From positions 20,522,001 to 20,586,000 of the forward strand of contig CM106585.1 of NCBI GenBank assembly GCA_048013815.1: DNA of 64,000 nt, written 5' to 3'. A program made the position numbers and the translations under genes. This document shows positions 1 to 12,226 of the stretch, in pieces. Within the stretch, counting starts at the first letter, position 1. Each line of letters opens with the position of its first letter. Source of the DNA: Setoptus koraiensis (taxonomy: Eukaryota; Animalia; Arthropoda). Below the pieces are notes generated by a model. It made no database searches and was not told the DNA's origin. It worked only from the letters and a program-made list of their open reading frames with translations.

Positions 1-1103
1 TCATATACGTACACTATATGTATGTTAGTAGACAGATCAGACCGACTGCAACGGCAATAGATTGAAAGAGTTTATCCAAGTTTTACATACAGAGAGCGAT
101 CAATCACTCTCTATACCGTCAGTTACATACACTATCACTACACTTTCTTCCGGTTGAGAAATTATGTGTTTGACAATAGTGTGTTCTTGACTGAGTGAGT
201 GAGTTTTCTAAACTGTGTAGCAGCACATACTCTGCATCAATTTTATTTTATTGAAACTTGTATTATCTCACACAGATACACACATTCAATCATGAATGAT
301 GCAATTCATCGAATCGGATGTAACCTAAGCTGTCACCTCTTTAATAGATCACATGCAGCTATCGGGATAGATGTTTGACTTATGTTATTGACATTGGATG
401 CTCGCTTGCTTGCTGTAATTGACTAGTCATGTCTGCCCCTACTACTTCTAGTAGTAAACAGTTGGGCAATCATTGTTGGTGTTGTCGTTGTTTAACTCGC
501 GCACTATACTGTGTCTTGTTGACCAAAAAATTCCCTTCTACTATACCTCTACTACTGTATAATACATCCGATATCAGATCAATTACATAATAGGTACGTT
601 ACTAGTCATATTATATACTTGAATATGTATCTTTATAAGTAAACAACAACGTACAATAGCCATTGGTTCTGTTAGGAAAATACATACACATTCCTTCACT
701 AGATTTGTGTTTGAACTTGATCTTGTTTTTGTTCCATTTTTTACACACTACGATTATAATTATTATATCTTGAGCGCTTGTTGGTGTTCATTTAAAATCA
801 AAATCATAACAGCGACAGCAGCGAATACATTCTGAGAACTCACGGTATTCATTTTCTATGACCACTGATCATTTCTAACGGGCCACACAGGTAGTAGAGC
901 AGCAGAGATGGTTACATGTTTTAATGACTTATGCCTAAAATGTTTACAATAACTAACCTAGTGCAAGTAAAGTAGCGTACATTAGTACAAATCAATATAT
1001 CAGACTTTTTACCTGTAGATGCGTCTCGTCAATCTTATAGATAACACGTGAGTTGGTCTTATCTCTCTGCGTATTTTAAGTATAATGATAAATGTGTAAT
1101 TGC

Positions 1104-1141
<38 letters not shown>

Positions 1142-2281
1142 TACTACCGCTACCTCAATGACCACAACCACCACCATTACTACCACTACTACAACTTCTG
1201 CTACTACTACTACTATTGCTATTACTAATACTATTACTATTACTTTGTGTGACATGCAATGAATAATCTTACATAATGTCCACATATGTAGTTGCAGTGA
1301 CTCATTTAATTTTGTGGCGTGATGGGTCCTGAGTGCTATTCTAGCCACAAATTGCCATCACAATCTACTTCTGTAAACTTCCAAACTAATGTCGTGTGTG
1401 TCGTCGACCACCTCAGCGTAGATACACTTTCTGCTTGAATAACTTGATCGTATCGTAGCTAACAGTTAGGTTTGAAAGATGACTCACACAACTCAATAAC
1501 ATTTGTTTGATTATTTCATCTTATTCTGAGAGAAACGTTTTTGATGTATAAAGGTAAACTACTGAGAATTGCTGTTCTTTCTGTTCTGATCTTATTTGTC
1601 GAATTACTTCTGCATCATGATGAGTGTGATTCTCTCCATACAGACAAAGAGATTATTATTCTCCTGTTCTTTGTCACAATTGTCTCTGTCGTCTCTATTT
1701 TATCGCAATAATCGATTTGGCTTCAACACTCATCAAATGTATGCGCTACATAAAACAATTCCAACAATCCGTTATACATGATGTACGCCAATATGTTCGC
1801 TCAGCAATCAATTCGCACATATCGTCAGTTTATTTAACTGCCAAGATTTGCATAAAGTCTAGACACTGATATATAACTATATAGTCATAAATTTTGCAAT
1901 AAGAGCAACGACGCAATGTACGGTGGCAACCAAGAGCAGTCAAACTAGAACATAGAGGATGGGAATCGATCAACGAAGCTTGCATTCCTACCAGGACTAG
2001 ATTTTCTATGCATCATACAATAGTTGCTGAATTGTTTTAATATGTTGCTGCTGTCCAAGTTTGAGATTCGTGAGAATGCATCCAGATCTATACTTATCAG
2101 TATATCGCCCGACAATTCAACTAGATCCTCTCCATACTACTGAACAAGATTGACGAACAAATATATTCAGGTAATCGCCACAAAACTGAATTTAATTATA
2201 CTAACTCAAGCAACAATTACACAATCACAATTTACAGATCCTACAAATGGCAACTTGCCGAACTCAGCGGCCTTTACGAAT

Positions 2282-5029
2282 ATGAATAATGCTATAACCA
2301 ATAGTTCTGGAGAGAATCAACTTGAAGATTATTTAGATACTTCTGTCACCAGGCCGCATCCTCAAGTTGTTCAATATCATCACACAACATTAACCGACGA
2401 GAGGTCAGAACAAAGAAATTCTACTCAGATCTTAACATATTCAGATGGTCATCATAGCAGTCATTCAGAAGATCAACAACCGTTACTACACCATCATAAC
2501 GTATCTATGAATAATCAATTCAACAACGATGCCAATGGAATCAACACTATGGTTGACCAAACTATGAACCAAACTCATCAGTTACAATTGATCAATATGC
2601 ACGATGTACAATACAATGTTCAACAAATTTATTGTCATAATCAGAATATCAATCAAATTATTCCTACCTCCAGCGACACCTCAAACCACTACGCAACAAC
2701 AAATAGGCAATCAACATCTCAGATCGGAGATATGCCGCAGACAGGCAAGGTGATTAGCCAGCACCAAGCCTCTGTCTGTATCATACCAGCGCCCTCAAGC
2801 ACCTGTCATATCAATTTAAGAAATCCAAACGAGCATTCGTTGCAGAATGGCTACAATGATTGTAATATTCAGGAAAACGGTTCAGTTAACACCAGTGATT
2901 GTATAAATAATTTCAGTAATGAATCTGAGAGTGGTTCAAAGCAACAAATCAACGCACTTCAATATCATCAACAATTGTATAGTCAACAACAAATTCAAGC
3001 ATCCAACGATAATCGAGAACAACATGTACAAAATAAACACAACCTTCCCGATAGTCCACCTGATTCCGGATCCGAGCATCCATATTCACCTGTACTGGAC
3101 GGTAATAACCTGTCTTCAATTAGTAGCAATCACGTGGAATTAACGCAAATAAATTCAAGCTTTATTGATAATGATAATTACTCATTTGAGCCTAACCAAA
3201 TCAATTTAACCGGTTCACCGGGTATATCACACAACAACGGAAGTGACTTATCACCATCGCGTCGTGCAAGCTCTAGTAATAAGATGAGCTCTTCCATTTC
3301 AAGCAACAATATTCATATATCAGATGGTCATCTTGATGAGATCAAAATGTTGCTGCACCAAGAAAGTTTAGAACAGTCTCTTGCTAATGGAGATGATAAC
3401 AGTTGTAACAAAAGACTCAGATTTGATACATTGTCAAAAGTCGATAATGATTGTAGATTATATAGCACAACACCAACAACTTTATACAAGAATGATATAC
3501 AATCATGTTCTAATGATAACTATAACATAACGAATCATCACGACTCATCAACAAAAACCTCGCCAGTAAGTAACATCGCTAGCCGTCATTCGAAGAAATC
3601 TACGATCGCCCTCAACACATTTATTATGTCGTCCACTGACCACTCTGGTAGCAAAGCAGCATCACCAGTATCAGGTCAATCTGAAGAGGGCGTCATTCAA
3701 CATTACAATCAGATGACGAGACAATTTGATTTTATTGGACTAAAACAAGAAAATGATTCCATCAATCATAATGTCACTAGTTGCATGATAAACTGTGGAT
3801 TAGATGAGCACAGTTGTTTTGACTTCAATAATCAAACAAATGACTCAAATCAAGTGTATCTGGAGTCTGGATTGAATCAATGTATAAGATTTACACCTTT
3901 TCAAGAAAACACTTGGTACAATGCATTCGATGAAAACCATTCCCCATTACCTATCCCTAAATATAGGGTCGATGCAGATAAAGGCTTCAATTTCAGCAAT
4001 GCCGACGAGGCATTTGTTTGTCAAAAGAAAAATCATTTTCAAGTCACAGTTTACATACAGCCCCTAGGTGATATGCGATTTATAGAGATCAATGGTCATA
4101 TGCATCGTATTGAGCACTTTTATATTCATTTTAATGGGGCTAAATCAGAAGCTCCAACGCAAATCATCAAAATAGAACAGTCACAATCGGATAGAAGCAA
4201 GAAACCGTTTCACCCGGTGATGATTGAATTAAGTCCAGAGCAATTAACGAAGACAACTGTCGGAAGATTGCATTTCAGCGAAACTACTTCAAATAATATG
4301 CGCAAAAAAGGAAAACCAAATCCCGATCAACGTTACTTTAACTTGGTTGTAACACTTTGTGCCCACATTGGTGATCAAACATACCCTCTGATAGCCCATG
4401 GATCAGATAAGATTATTGTTCGAGCATCAAACCCCGGACAATTTGAGAATGATCTTGAACTATCTTGGCAGAGAGGTCAATCTCACGACATCATATATCA
4501 TTCGGGTAAAGTTGGTATCAACACCGATAGCCCTGATGAGGCGTTGGTTGTCAACGGCAATATAAAGCTCTCTGGTCAATTAGTCCATCCATCCGATCAG
4601 AGAGCAAAGCAGGACATAAAAGAGGTCGACACGAGTGTATTGTTGAGAAACGTATCTAGTATACGACTTGTTAGATACCGGCTACGTCCGGAATTCGCTA
4701 AGAGTATTGGAATGAAGAGCGAAGAATTGTTAACTGGAGTGCTAGCTCAACAAGTAGGTCAAATTATTCCGGATGCTGTGAAAGAAGCTGGTTGTGTTAC
4801 ATTGGCCAACGGAGAAAGGATCGAGGACTTTCTGGTAATTAATAAGGATAGAATATTCATGGAGAATATTGGCGCAGTGAAAGAGTTGTGTAAATTAAAC
4901 GACAAGCTGGACACAAGAGTTCGTAATTTGGAACGTGCTAATGTTAAATTTAGATATATATTTGCGTTTTTGTTACTCTGTTTTCTTTTGTGTCCTATTA
5001 TATTGGATATATCTGTAGCCTTGCACTAA
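2282..5029 (+). CDS. MYRF: Myelin regulatory factor-like (NDT80-type DNA-binding domain + ICA/peptidase S74 autochaperone domain)
   Basis: Contains [14 protein letters not shown], the DBD motifs [28 protein letters not shown] and [26 protein letters not shown], the ICA motif HPSDQRAK (Ser...Lys dyad) and the coil [11 protein letters not shown]. First in-frame ATG is at 2282. A GT..TACTAAC..AG intron at 2171-2237 suggests a further upstream exon, so the true start is uncertain. Confidence 0.93.
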   Translation: MNNAITNSSGENQLEDYLDTSVTRPHPQVVQYHHTTLTDERSEQRNSTQILTYSDGHHSSHSEDQQPLLHHHNVSMNNQFNNDANGINTMVDQTMNQTHQLQLINMHDVQYNVQQIYCHNQNINQIIPTSSDTSNHYATTNRQSTSQIGDMPQTGKVISQHQASVCIIPAPSSTCHINLRNPNEHSLQNGYNDCNIQENGSVNTSDCINNFSNESESGSKQQINALQYHQQLYSQQQIQASNDNREQHVQNKHNLPDSPPDSGSEHPYSPVLDGNNLSSISSNHVELTQINSSFIDNDNYSFEPNQINLTGSPGISHNNGSDLSPSRRASSSNKMSSSISSNNIHISDGHLDEIKMLLHQESLEQSLANGDDNSCNKRLRFDTLSKVDNDCRLYSTTPTTLYKNDIQSCSNDNYNITNHHDSSTKTSPVSNIASRHSKKSTIALNTFIMSSTDHSGSKAASPVSGQSEEGVIQHYNQMTRQFDFIGLKQENDSINHNVTSCMINCGLDEHSCFDFNNQTNDSNQVYLESGLNQCIRFTPFQENTWYNAFDENHSPLPIPKYRVDADKGFNFSNADEAFVCQKKNHFQVTVYIQPLGDMRFIEINGHMHRIEHFYIHFNGAKSEAPTQIIKIEQSQSDRSKKPFHPVMIELSPEQLTKTTVGRLHFSETTSNNMRKKGKPNPDQRYFNLVVTLCAHIGDQTYPLIAHGSDKIIVRASNPGQFENDLELSWQRGQSHDIIYHSGKVGINTDSPDEALVVNGNIKLSGQLVHPSDQRAKQDIKEVDTSVLLRNVSSIRLVRYRLRPEFAKSIGMKSEELLTGVLAQQVGQIIPDAVKEAGCVTLANGERIEDFLVINKDRIFMENIGAVKELCKLNDKLDTRVRNLERANVKFRYIFAFLLLCFLLCPIILDISVALH

Positions 5030-5296
5030 TTGTGCCACTTCGTTAGTAACATGACAAGAGAATAACAATAAATTTCTTGGTTGGACTTTTAATGCAAATC
5101 GTGCAAACAGCAATGAATAGACACATAAGGCGAAGGTCATTTTACCACTAATATATTTTGGATCTCGTTGTATATCTGCGATGGCTGCCAGTGGAATTCC
5201 CCAATTTGCTACAGGACCCCAGAAGTGGGTACTCATGAAGTAACCTCTGGTTTCTTTACTTTTGAGCATGGTAACAATTTTGCTTCTGATAGACAT
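4973..5296 (-). CDS. MPC1: Mitochondrial pyruvate carrier 1
   Basis: Intronless 107-aa ORF with [20 protein letters not shown] and [20 protein letters not shown], characteristic of MPC1. Confidence 0.95.
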   Translation of the reverse strand: MSIRSKIVTMLKSKETRGYFMSTHFWGPVANWGIPLAAIADIQRDPKYISGKMTFALCVYSLLFARFALKVQPRNLLLFSCHVTNEVAQLVQGYRYIQYNRTQKKTE

Positions 5297-5840
5297 GGTT
5301 TCGTTAACTGTTTCTTGGCCCGATAAATAACAATTCTATAAGCAATTCCTATGTTCTGTTATTGATGACAACAAGTAATAAATAATAATAAAATAACAAT
5401 AACCTTATATTACGACAATATAACTTATATATGACAATATCGCCCTCTAACGCGTGAATCTAGTCTCTCACCTGGTATTACATTCGTGTAATATATTTAT
5501 ATGTATTTTTCCCTCTGTGCGTGCTTGTTAGACAACAGCCGACAAAATTGTGCTTGTGCGTATTTTTGTCGATCTTGTGCGCGCGATCTCTCTTAAAATA
5601 AGCCTATGAGTATGCGCGGTGAACCATGCCTGGGATGATCTCTGTGCGCATTTAGGAACGGAATAACTCTGCCCACACTATAAAGGTGAGCGGTTTACGT
5701 AAAAAGAGGGCACTTACAATCTATACCCTCCACGTATCCCACCGACACACACGTTCATATTGACGCAACATATTTTTGTTTTGTTTACACCATTCGTCAT
5801 ACCTATCTAATTGACTACTTAACAAGGATTAAGAGTTACT

Positions 5841-6617
5841 ATGCTTCAGCGGTTGCTCAACACTCTCATTTATCGAGACCTGGAGGTCATTGGTCAAACC
5901 GCGGATAACAAGTACATTCTGTGTTTTTATCGAAAGGGACACGGTATATTGGCCTTTGACCAGCACGCGGTCCATGAGCGGATCAAATTTGAGAAACTTT
6001 TCACAACACTCTTCAATGACAGGACCGATGGAATGAATCTAAAGGAACTCAAGACTCCCATCAAGATCAAATTGAATCCTCTTTCAGCAGAGCGTTTCCT
6101 CAACATCATCGCGAAAGGAAGCACATCGCTAGATAGCTACTTGAATCTCATTGTAGCAAAATCTGGCCTAACTCTACATTTACCAAAACTCACACGACGG
6201 TATAGTGGGCAACCTGACACTGTCATCGTCAAGACAGTTCCTTCCATTATGGAAATTAGCGACATAGAACAAAAACCTGGTCTAATTGCTGATATAATAG
6301 ATGATATTCACGGATGTTCCGATCTTGACAATTCCACAATGTCGGCAAAGCTTTACGAATACATTCAATCTCGTGCTTGTAGGACTGCAATTAGGTTTGG
6401 CCAAAAATTGGAAAGAAACGATTGTAGGCTACTTGTGGAGCAGTTGTTGAATTGTTCAGTGCCTTTCTACTGTGCTCACAAACGTCCTAATGTAACGATT
6501 ATCCCACTCTTGAATATACTCGACGATGATTCAAATAGGAAAGATAATATCAACTATAACTGTCGTAACTGTTTAGTTGATAATAACAATTGCATACAAA
6601 CAACAAACGGTTGTTGA
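5841..6617 (+). CDS. MLH3: MLH3-like MutL C-terminal endonuclease domain only (no GHKL ATPase)
   Basis: Motifs DNKYI, DQHAVHERIKFE (DQHA-x2-E-x4-E), SRACRTAIRFG and PFYCAHKRP. An apparent 5' UTR intron lies at 5686-5826 (AG|GTGAGC...AACAAG), with an in-frame TAA at 5664-5666 in the upstream exon. Confidence 0.8.
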   Translation: MLQRLLNTLIYRDLEVIGQTADNKYILCFYRKGHGILAFDQHAVHERIKFEKLFTTLFNDRTDGMNLKELKTPIKIKLNPLSAERFLNIIAKGSTSLDSYLNLIVAKSGLTLHLPKLTRRYSGQPDTVIVKTVPSIMEISDIEQKPGLIADIIDDIHGCSDLDNSTMSAKLYEYIQSRACRTAIRFGQKLERNDCRLLVEQLLNCSVPFYCAHKRPNVTIIPLLNILDDDSNRKDNINYNCRNCLVDNNNCIQTTNGC

Positions 6618-6803
6618 TTATGATTGTACTAACTGACGACAATCGCTATGTGATAGAACAAAATTATGTTTATTATTATTAGTATTATTATATTTTGTAT
6701 GATTTGAATAACTTCGTTATACCTTAAAACATGTCATGGAGAATTGTTATTAGACGGTAACTGAAAATAGAGTTTTTGCTATGGATAATTTCTCGCTAAA
6801 TGA

Positions 6804-9014
6804 TTACCAACTACCCTTTGTACCTCCCTGCATTTGAACAGGCCACTCTTGTTTCATTTGGTTCTTGGGTTGCTCGCTTGATGTGTGCACTACTATCATT
6901 TTCTGTTGGACAGGTGGACTTGGTGCTTGTGTGGGTTTCTCTTTCTCTTTCCAAAGAACACAAACCATCTCTTTAGGTTGTTCAACTTGTTGCATAATTG
7001 GTTGCTGCATTTTCATCGGTTGCATCATTTTCATCGGTTGCATCATTTTCATTGGCTGCACCATTTTCATCATAGGCTTCTCTTTGTCGGGCGTCTCCAT
7101 CTCTGGCGTTTCCTCGTTGCTTGGCCAATCTTCCTTGTCCGAATTCGAACTCTTTGAGGGCCAAGTTTTCCCACTGTCCATAGTATTACCCGACGACTTG
7201 GATGGCCAACTCTTTGAGCCGCCACTCATGCCCATTTGGCCTGATGATGATGTTGATTTGGACGAACTAATCCAACCGCCATTGCCAGCACTGTCCCAAC
7301 CATCATTTCCAGAGCTGGGCATATCTAAAGAGGGCCAAGCATTTACTTTATCTCTTAGCAAACTACCAACCAAACCCTCTGGCCATTGTTCCTCTTCGGG
7401 CCATTGTTCCTCTTGCTGAATTGGCCAAACAACCGGTTTTGGTGTTGTTTTCGGTTTAGGTTTTGGCTTTGGTTCAGGTTCAGCTTCCGGCTCAGGCCAT
7501 GCTTCCGGCTCTGGCCAGGCCTCAGGAGCAACAGTAGTTTTTGGTGCGAGTGTAGTTGTTGTCGTTGGTTTCGGAGTAGTCGTTGTTGTAGTCGTTGTTG
7601 TAGTTGTTGTAGTTGGTGCTTCTGGTGCTGCAGAGGTCTTCTTTTTGTACTTTTTGATCTTTCGCTTAGGTGGAGGGCGGGGAACTTCCTCTTCTTCTTC
7701 AATCCAAACTTCCTCGAAAGTTTTTGTAGGAGGCGCTGGTGTGGTGGGAACAGGTGTTGTGGTGGTGGTCGTTGTGGTCGGTGCTGGAGTGGTAGTAGTA
7801 GTTGTTGTTGTCGTTACAACTGGTTTTACTTTCTTCTTCTTTTTCGGTTTCTTCTTTGGAGGCTCTTGCGATGGCCACTCCTCGGGAGCAGTGAGTTCAG
7901 CCTCTTCCGACGGCCAACCAGGATCAACAGATTCTATTCTGTCCTTCCATGACCTTGGTCCATGTATCAATTCAACTGTGCCGATTTCAACAACTTGGCT
8001 ACTAGCTGGCGCTAATCTTGGCAAATAATGCTGGCCATTGTAATGCGATTGAGAATTAACGTATCCAGTTGATCTTCTGTCATGGTGGTTGTTCATTAGA
8101 GACGGATGCTTAACTGTATTACTATTACTGTTGTGCGCCGAGTTTGCCGCTGCCAATTTTGTCAAATGATTGAGCAGTAATGCCAACTTGGAACTAACCA
8201 TAGGACTGGATTCCAAAGAAGATTTTGGCCCGGCTGAAAACTTGTTTCTATTGTTTTCATTCAATGGGGTCATAGAGTCTTGAATATGACTGGGCTCGGC
8301 AACCCAAACATGCATATTGCTTTGATCGGAAGAAGACTTTGACTGAATATGATTATTACTGAAAGTGTTGAGTTGATTGGGCGGTATCGCATTTAACATG
8401 AGTTTGTCATGCCGTTGTTGGTTCTCATTGTTATTTGTTTGCATTATATTAATGTTGTTTGATTGATAATCGTTGCTTGATTGCGATGCACGCCATCTAC
8501 TCTCTTGGCCAGTATTCATGGGCTCGTTCAAAAGAGCCTTATTGTCTGCAATCGAACTCAAACTTGTTGTCACAACACCAGACTGATCATTCACGGAGGC
8601 GATAACGGGCCTCAGTTCACTCAAAGCTGTCGTCAATCCGGTCTGTTCTAGCTTGCCAACCGAGGTAATTGTTGTTTGATTGTCACTTTTATCTGTGTTG
8701 CTTAGTTGCACGCTTCCAATCGTTGTGCTGTTTGCTCCGACGTTTGACGAAAGAGCTTGGCGCGTTAAATCCGTTTTGGAATTATAATCTGAAGCTGGTG
8801 TGATTGTTGTTGTTTGTTTGGAGGATTCTTCATTGACTTTATTCGCTGCGTTTGACGTAGATATCACATTAATTAAGTAACCGACGATAATCAAGAATAT
8901 CACAATTGATGTCAGCACTAATTTAAATTTACCACTGCATAGATTCGCCATGGTGCTTCTTTTCGTTTTTGTATATTTCGATTTGATTTGTTCACTAATC
9001 AAACTATCATGCAT
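6804..9014 (-). CDS. Uncharacterised low-complexity secreted or membrane-anchored protein with Trp-Pro repeats and Thr/Pro/Lys tracts
   Basis: 736-aa uninterrupted ORF with an N-terminal hydrophobic segment (LVLTSIVIFLIIVGYLINVI), poly-T/P/K tracts, 12 WP dipeptides and MKMxQP repeats. The start may be the Met at 8950. Confidence 0.75.
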   Translation of the reverse strand: MHDSLISEQIKSKYTKTKRSTMANLCSGKFKLVLTSIVIFLIIVGYLINVISTSNAANKVNEESSKQTTTITPASDYNSKTDLTRQALSSNVGANSTTIGSVQLSNTDKSDNQTTITSVGKLEQTGLTTALSELRPVIASVNDQSGVVTTSLSSIADNKALLNEPMNTGQESRWRASQSSNDYQSNNINIMQTNNNENQQRHDKLMLNAIPPNQLNTFSNNHIQSKSSSDQSNMHVWVAEPSHIQDSMTPLNENNRNKFSAGPKSSLESSPMVSSKLALLLNHLTKLAAANSAHNSNSNTVKHPSLMNNHHDRRSTGYVNSQSHYNGQHYLPRLAPASSQVVEIGTVELIHGPRSWKDRIESVDPGWPSEEAELTAPEEWPSQEPPKKKPKKKKKVKPVVTTTTTTTTTPAPTTTTTTTTPVPTTPAPPTKTFEEVWIEEEEEVPRPPPKRKIKKYKKKTSAAPEAPTTTTTTTTTTTTTPKPTTTTTLAPKTTVAPEAWPEPEAWPEPEAEPEPKPKPKPKTTPKPVVWPIQQEEQWPEEEQWPEGLVGSLLRDKVNAWPSLDMPSSGNDGWDSAGNGGWISSSKSTSSSGQMGMSGGSKSWPSKSSGNTMDSGKTWPSKSSNSDKEDWPSNEETPEMETPDKEKPMMKMVQPMKMMQPMKMMQPMKMQQPIMQQVEQPKEMVCVLWKEKEKPTQAPSPPVQQKMIVVHTSSEQPKNQMKQEWPVQMQGGTKGSW

Positions 9015-10537
9015 TATAAATGATGATGTTTAGATGATACTGATCAACATATAAGAAAAGCTCATAGCATCTTCTAGATGTTAACAAACTTTTGTGTGTC
9101 TACCTGTTTGATTCTACTTCACCATGTCGGTGAGACAATCTACTGAGACAAAGATCGATATCTTATACTTCTGAGGGACGCGACTATAAATTTCGTAGGC
9201 TTAATTCATTAGATCTACGGTATAACAACTGTTTCTTCACTGCAACTCCGTAACCGGAAATACACAACTTCACTATTCGATGATTTCAATTGATTTCAAA
9301 TTTAGGAACGCTTTCCTCGATTGCTGACCTAAATCTGTATCAATGTAAATATATGATTGTCGTTAATATCAATACTAGGAAGTGATTCCCAAATTTTATC
9401 GCGTATCTCTTTTATATACTTTTTCTCTTTTGCACACTAGATGCGTCAACAAATGCGGCACTGCATCCAACAATATCGGAGGCGATTGGCTAGTCACATG
9501 ACAAATTTCATTCGCCATGATGATCCGTAAGTGCCAATCATGTTTGATTTACACTTCATTAATCGTTAGAGCTAATCGACCCGCAAGTTTCGAAGAAATT
9601 TGCCCGAACAACAAATAAGAACATATATTTTGTTTGTTTGTTTTCTTTCCTCGAACCTCTTGCAACTAAGGATGTGATTAGAAAACGAAACCTGATTCAC
9701 TGTGTGGAGACTAGACTGGAATCAAGATTGACATATGTACAAAAGAAACACAATAGGATTCATGTATCGCATTCGACAAGCGCGTTAGATGTGCGTTTGG
9801 AAGCAAACTGGAGGTTGTGAAAATTATGACTGTGATTGTTCTTATGAATTGTGTGCAATGAATTAACTTGTTCAAGTTCCTTATCGAATACCGTGGATAT
9901 TGTTAATATATTATGAATCACCCCAAAAATTCTTTACACAAACCAGTTGCTTTCGTTTGCAAAATCAAATAGTCTAGTCAGTGCGAATCCTTTTCTCCCC
10001 TAGAACTTGTACTTGTATTCAACACATGGCTAGGCGAGCTTCAGCAATCTACAAATCGTTGTCTTTCTGAGGAAATGCATCATTGGTCACCTTTCTCAAA
10101 AAATTAAACAGCATTCAAAGCGTTTGTTGTTTGAGACGCCACATGAAAATTAAATCAACCCATAACGTGCAATGCAAGCTGGAATTAGAGGACGTGAAAA
10201 CGATCTTTATTTTAGCATGCACAGATAATTCAACCGCAATCAAGCATATCATTGTTGTCGCAGTATGAGATTTTGATAGTAATAGTCATCTCAGCTGAAA
10301 TTATATATAAGGTGAGAATACAAACATTAATAAATCTAAGGGCGGGGACTATAATACTGTTAAGTCTTAATCTCTTCCAAGCAGAGAGATTAATTTATAT
10401 AAAATCAGAATTGACTTCGACTTGACATGAGTATACATATATATATTTTATTTCTTTTGTTTTTTCAGCGTAGCAGCTTTCTTTTCCAATTAGTCGTTCA
10501 CGTAATTTGGTTAACTATCAATTGTTAATCTGATATA

Positions 10538-11853
10538 TCAATTAATTTTGGATGTAGTTGGGGCAATGTTATTGGCGTTACCAGCAGTGACAGTTATAGG
10601 TCCAATAGCTGATTGAACTGCTGTTGAAACGGGTGGCTGTGCTTGTTTCTGTTTAAGCATTGTCCAGTCGAATATATAATCATACTGATAGCTTGATGTG
10701 CGGAACAGGATACGGAACAACTGGCGTAGGTACATATAATCGGGTGCTTCTTCGAATCTCAGACCTCGACAGTAATTCAGGTACATAGAAAATTCTGGTG
10801 GAAAACCTAGATATATAGAGGAAAGAATTAAAAAAGAGGGTTAGAGTTTAGCAATTAAGAGTATGACAGTTGGTCAGCATTCTTACAGGTAGCATTGGGC
10901 TCAGAAAGTGGACAGTATTGAGAATTCTTAGATCAAACATATCGCATTGGGTCAATCTGAGAAATGATGCGATCATAATTGCGCTGCTAATCGATAATAA
11001 CTGTCGCCTTGTATAGCTGGAAATTATACTGATGTCGCAAAGGTAACATAGATAATGTAGCTAGACGATAGTTATTGTTGTTGCTGCTGTTGTCGTTGTT
11101 GAACTTACCTCTACAGAGTACGTCAATTGGCGTAGACATTTTCTTTTCAGATATCTTTTCATATTTTTGTTTTTTCGTAGCTGCTTTAAGACCTTGCCAG
11201 GGCAACGATCCTCTATTAAAATACATTAGAACATAACCTAAACTTTCCATATCATCTCGACGACTTTGTTCAATACCAAGATGGGCGTTGATGGAAGCGT
11301 AACGAGCTGTTCCAGTAAGATTTTTGTCTTCCCGGTAATGAATATGTTGTCTACTGCGCGAATCCCTGTATTTCTTGGCTAAACCAAAATCAATAAGGAA
11401 CAACTTATTGCAATGTCGTCCGATACCCATGAGGAAATTGTCTGGTTTAATGTCTCGATGAATAAAATGTTTACTGTGAACGTATTCTATGCGGCCAATC
11501 ATTTGATCAGCTAACATTAATACAGTTTTGGTTGAAAATTTACGGGAGCAAAAATTGAACAAATCCTCCAATGATGGTCCTAATAAATCCATAACTAAAA
11601 CATTAAAGTCCTTTTCCGTTCCGAACCATCTAACATGAGGAATGCCAATACCGCCTGACAGAAGCTTGTATAGCTTTGATTCATAAAGTAGTTGTGGGTG
11701 TCTGGCTTTGATTGATTCCATTTTAACTGCTACTTCCTCACCACTGGTCATGTTCATGCCTAAATATATGTCACCGAAGGAGCCTGATCCAATCTTTCGC
11801 ATCAGGCGATATTTTGAACCAACAATAAACTCGGGACGCATAGCCAGTGCCAT
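10538..11853 (-). CDS. CSNK1A1: Casein kinase I alpha (2 coding exons: 11853-11109 and 10806-10538)
   Basis: [26 protein letters not shown] and LPWQGLKA motifs. A GTAAGT...TAG intron at 10807-11108 joins LCRG to [13 protein letters not shown]. Confidence 0.97.
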
Positions 11854-11957
11854 CTTTAAAGAGTAATAATATTGATGGCGTTACAATAGATATATTTAAT
11901 AGATGATATTTTTGGTGTGTGTGTGTGTGTATTCAGGTCTATATAAAATTGATTCTC

Positions 11958-11988
<31 letters not shown>

Positions 11989-12159
11989 TATAATAATAAT
12001 AATAATAGTAATCTACCCCTCTTGATTAATAATGATAATGATATAATAATAACTACAAAATGATAGTTACTCCTCAAGAAGATAGAATTGTGTAGAGTAG
12101 TGTATTGTATTAACACACATATGAATTTATTCCCCAACTCTGAATAGCTGGCTGGTCTG

Positions 12160-12160
<1 letters not shown>

Positions 12161-12222
<62 letters not shown>

Positions 12223-12226
12223 GTCG
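12161..12226. repeat. (TCG)n / (CGA)n microsatellite upstream of CK1 alpha
   Basis: 18 perfect TCG units at 12161-12214, then an interrupted continuation. Confidence 0.95.

Noticed and set aside
2150-2237. MYRF N-terminus as given by the ORF track
   Set aside because: It starts at TTG and reads through what looks like an intron (GTAATC...TACTAAC...TTTACAG, 2171-2237).
6865-8028. Plus-strand ORFs overlapping the WP-repeat gene
   Set aside because: They are antisense shadows of low-complexity codons.
10987-11108. CK1 C-terminus GKFNNDNSS... in the track, and a possible snoRNA in that intron
   Set aside because: This is run-on into the intron; the spliced exon restores the kinase. Box C/D-like words are non-canonical or on the wrong strand, and I recognised no guide complementarity.
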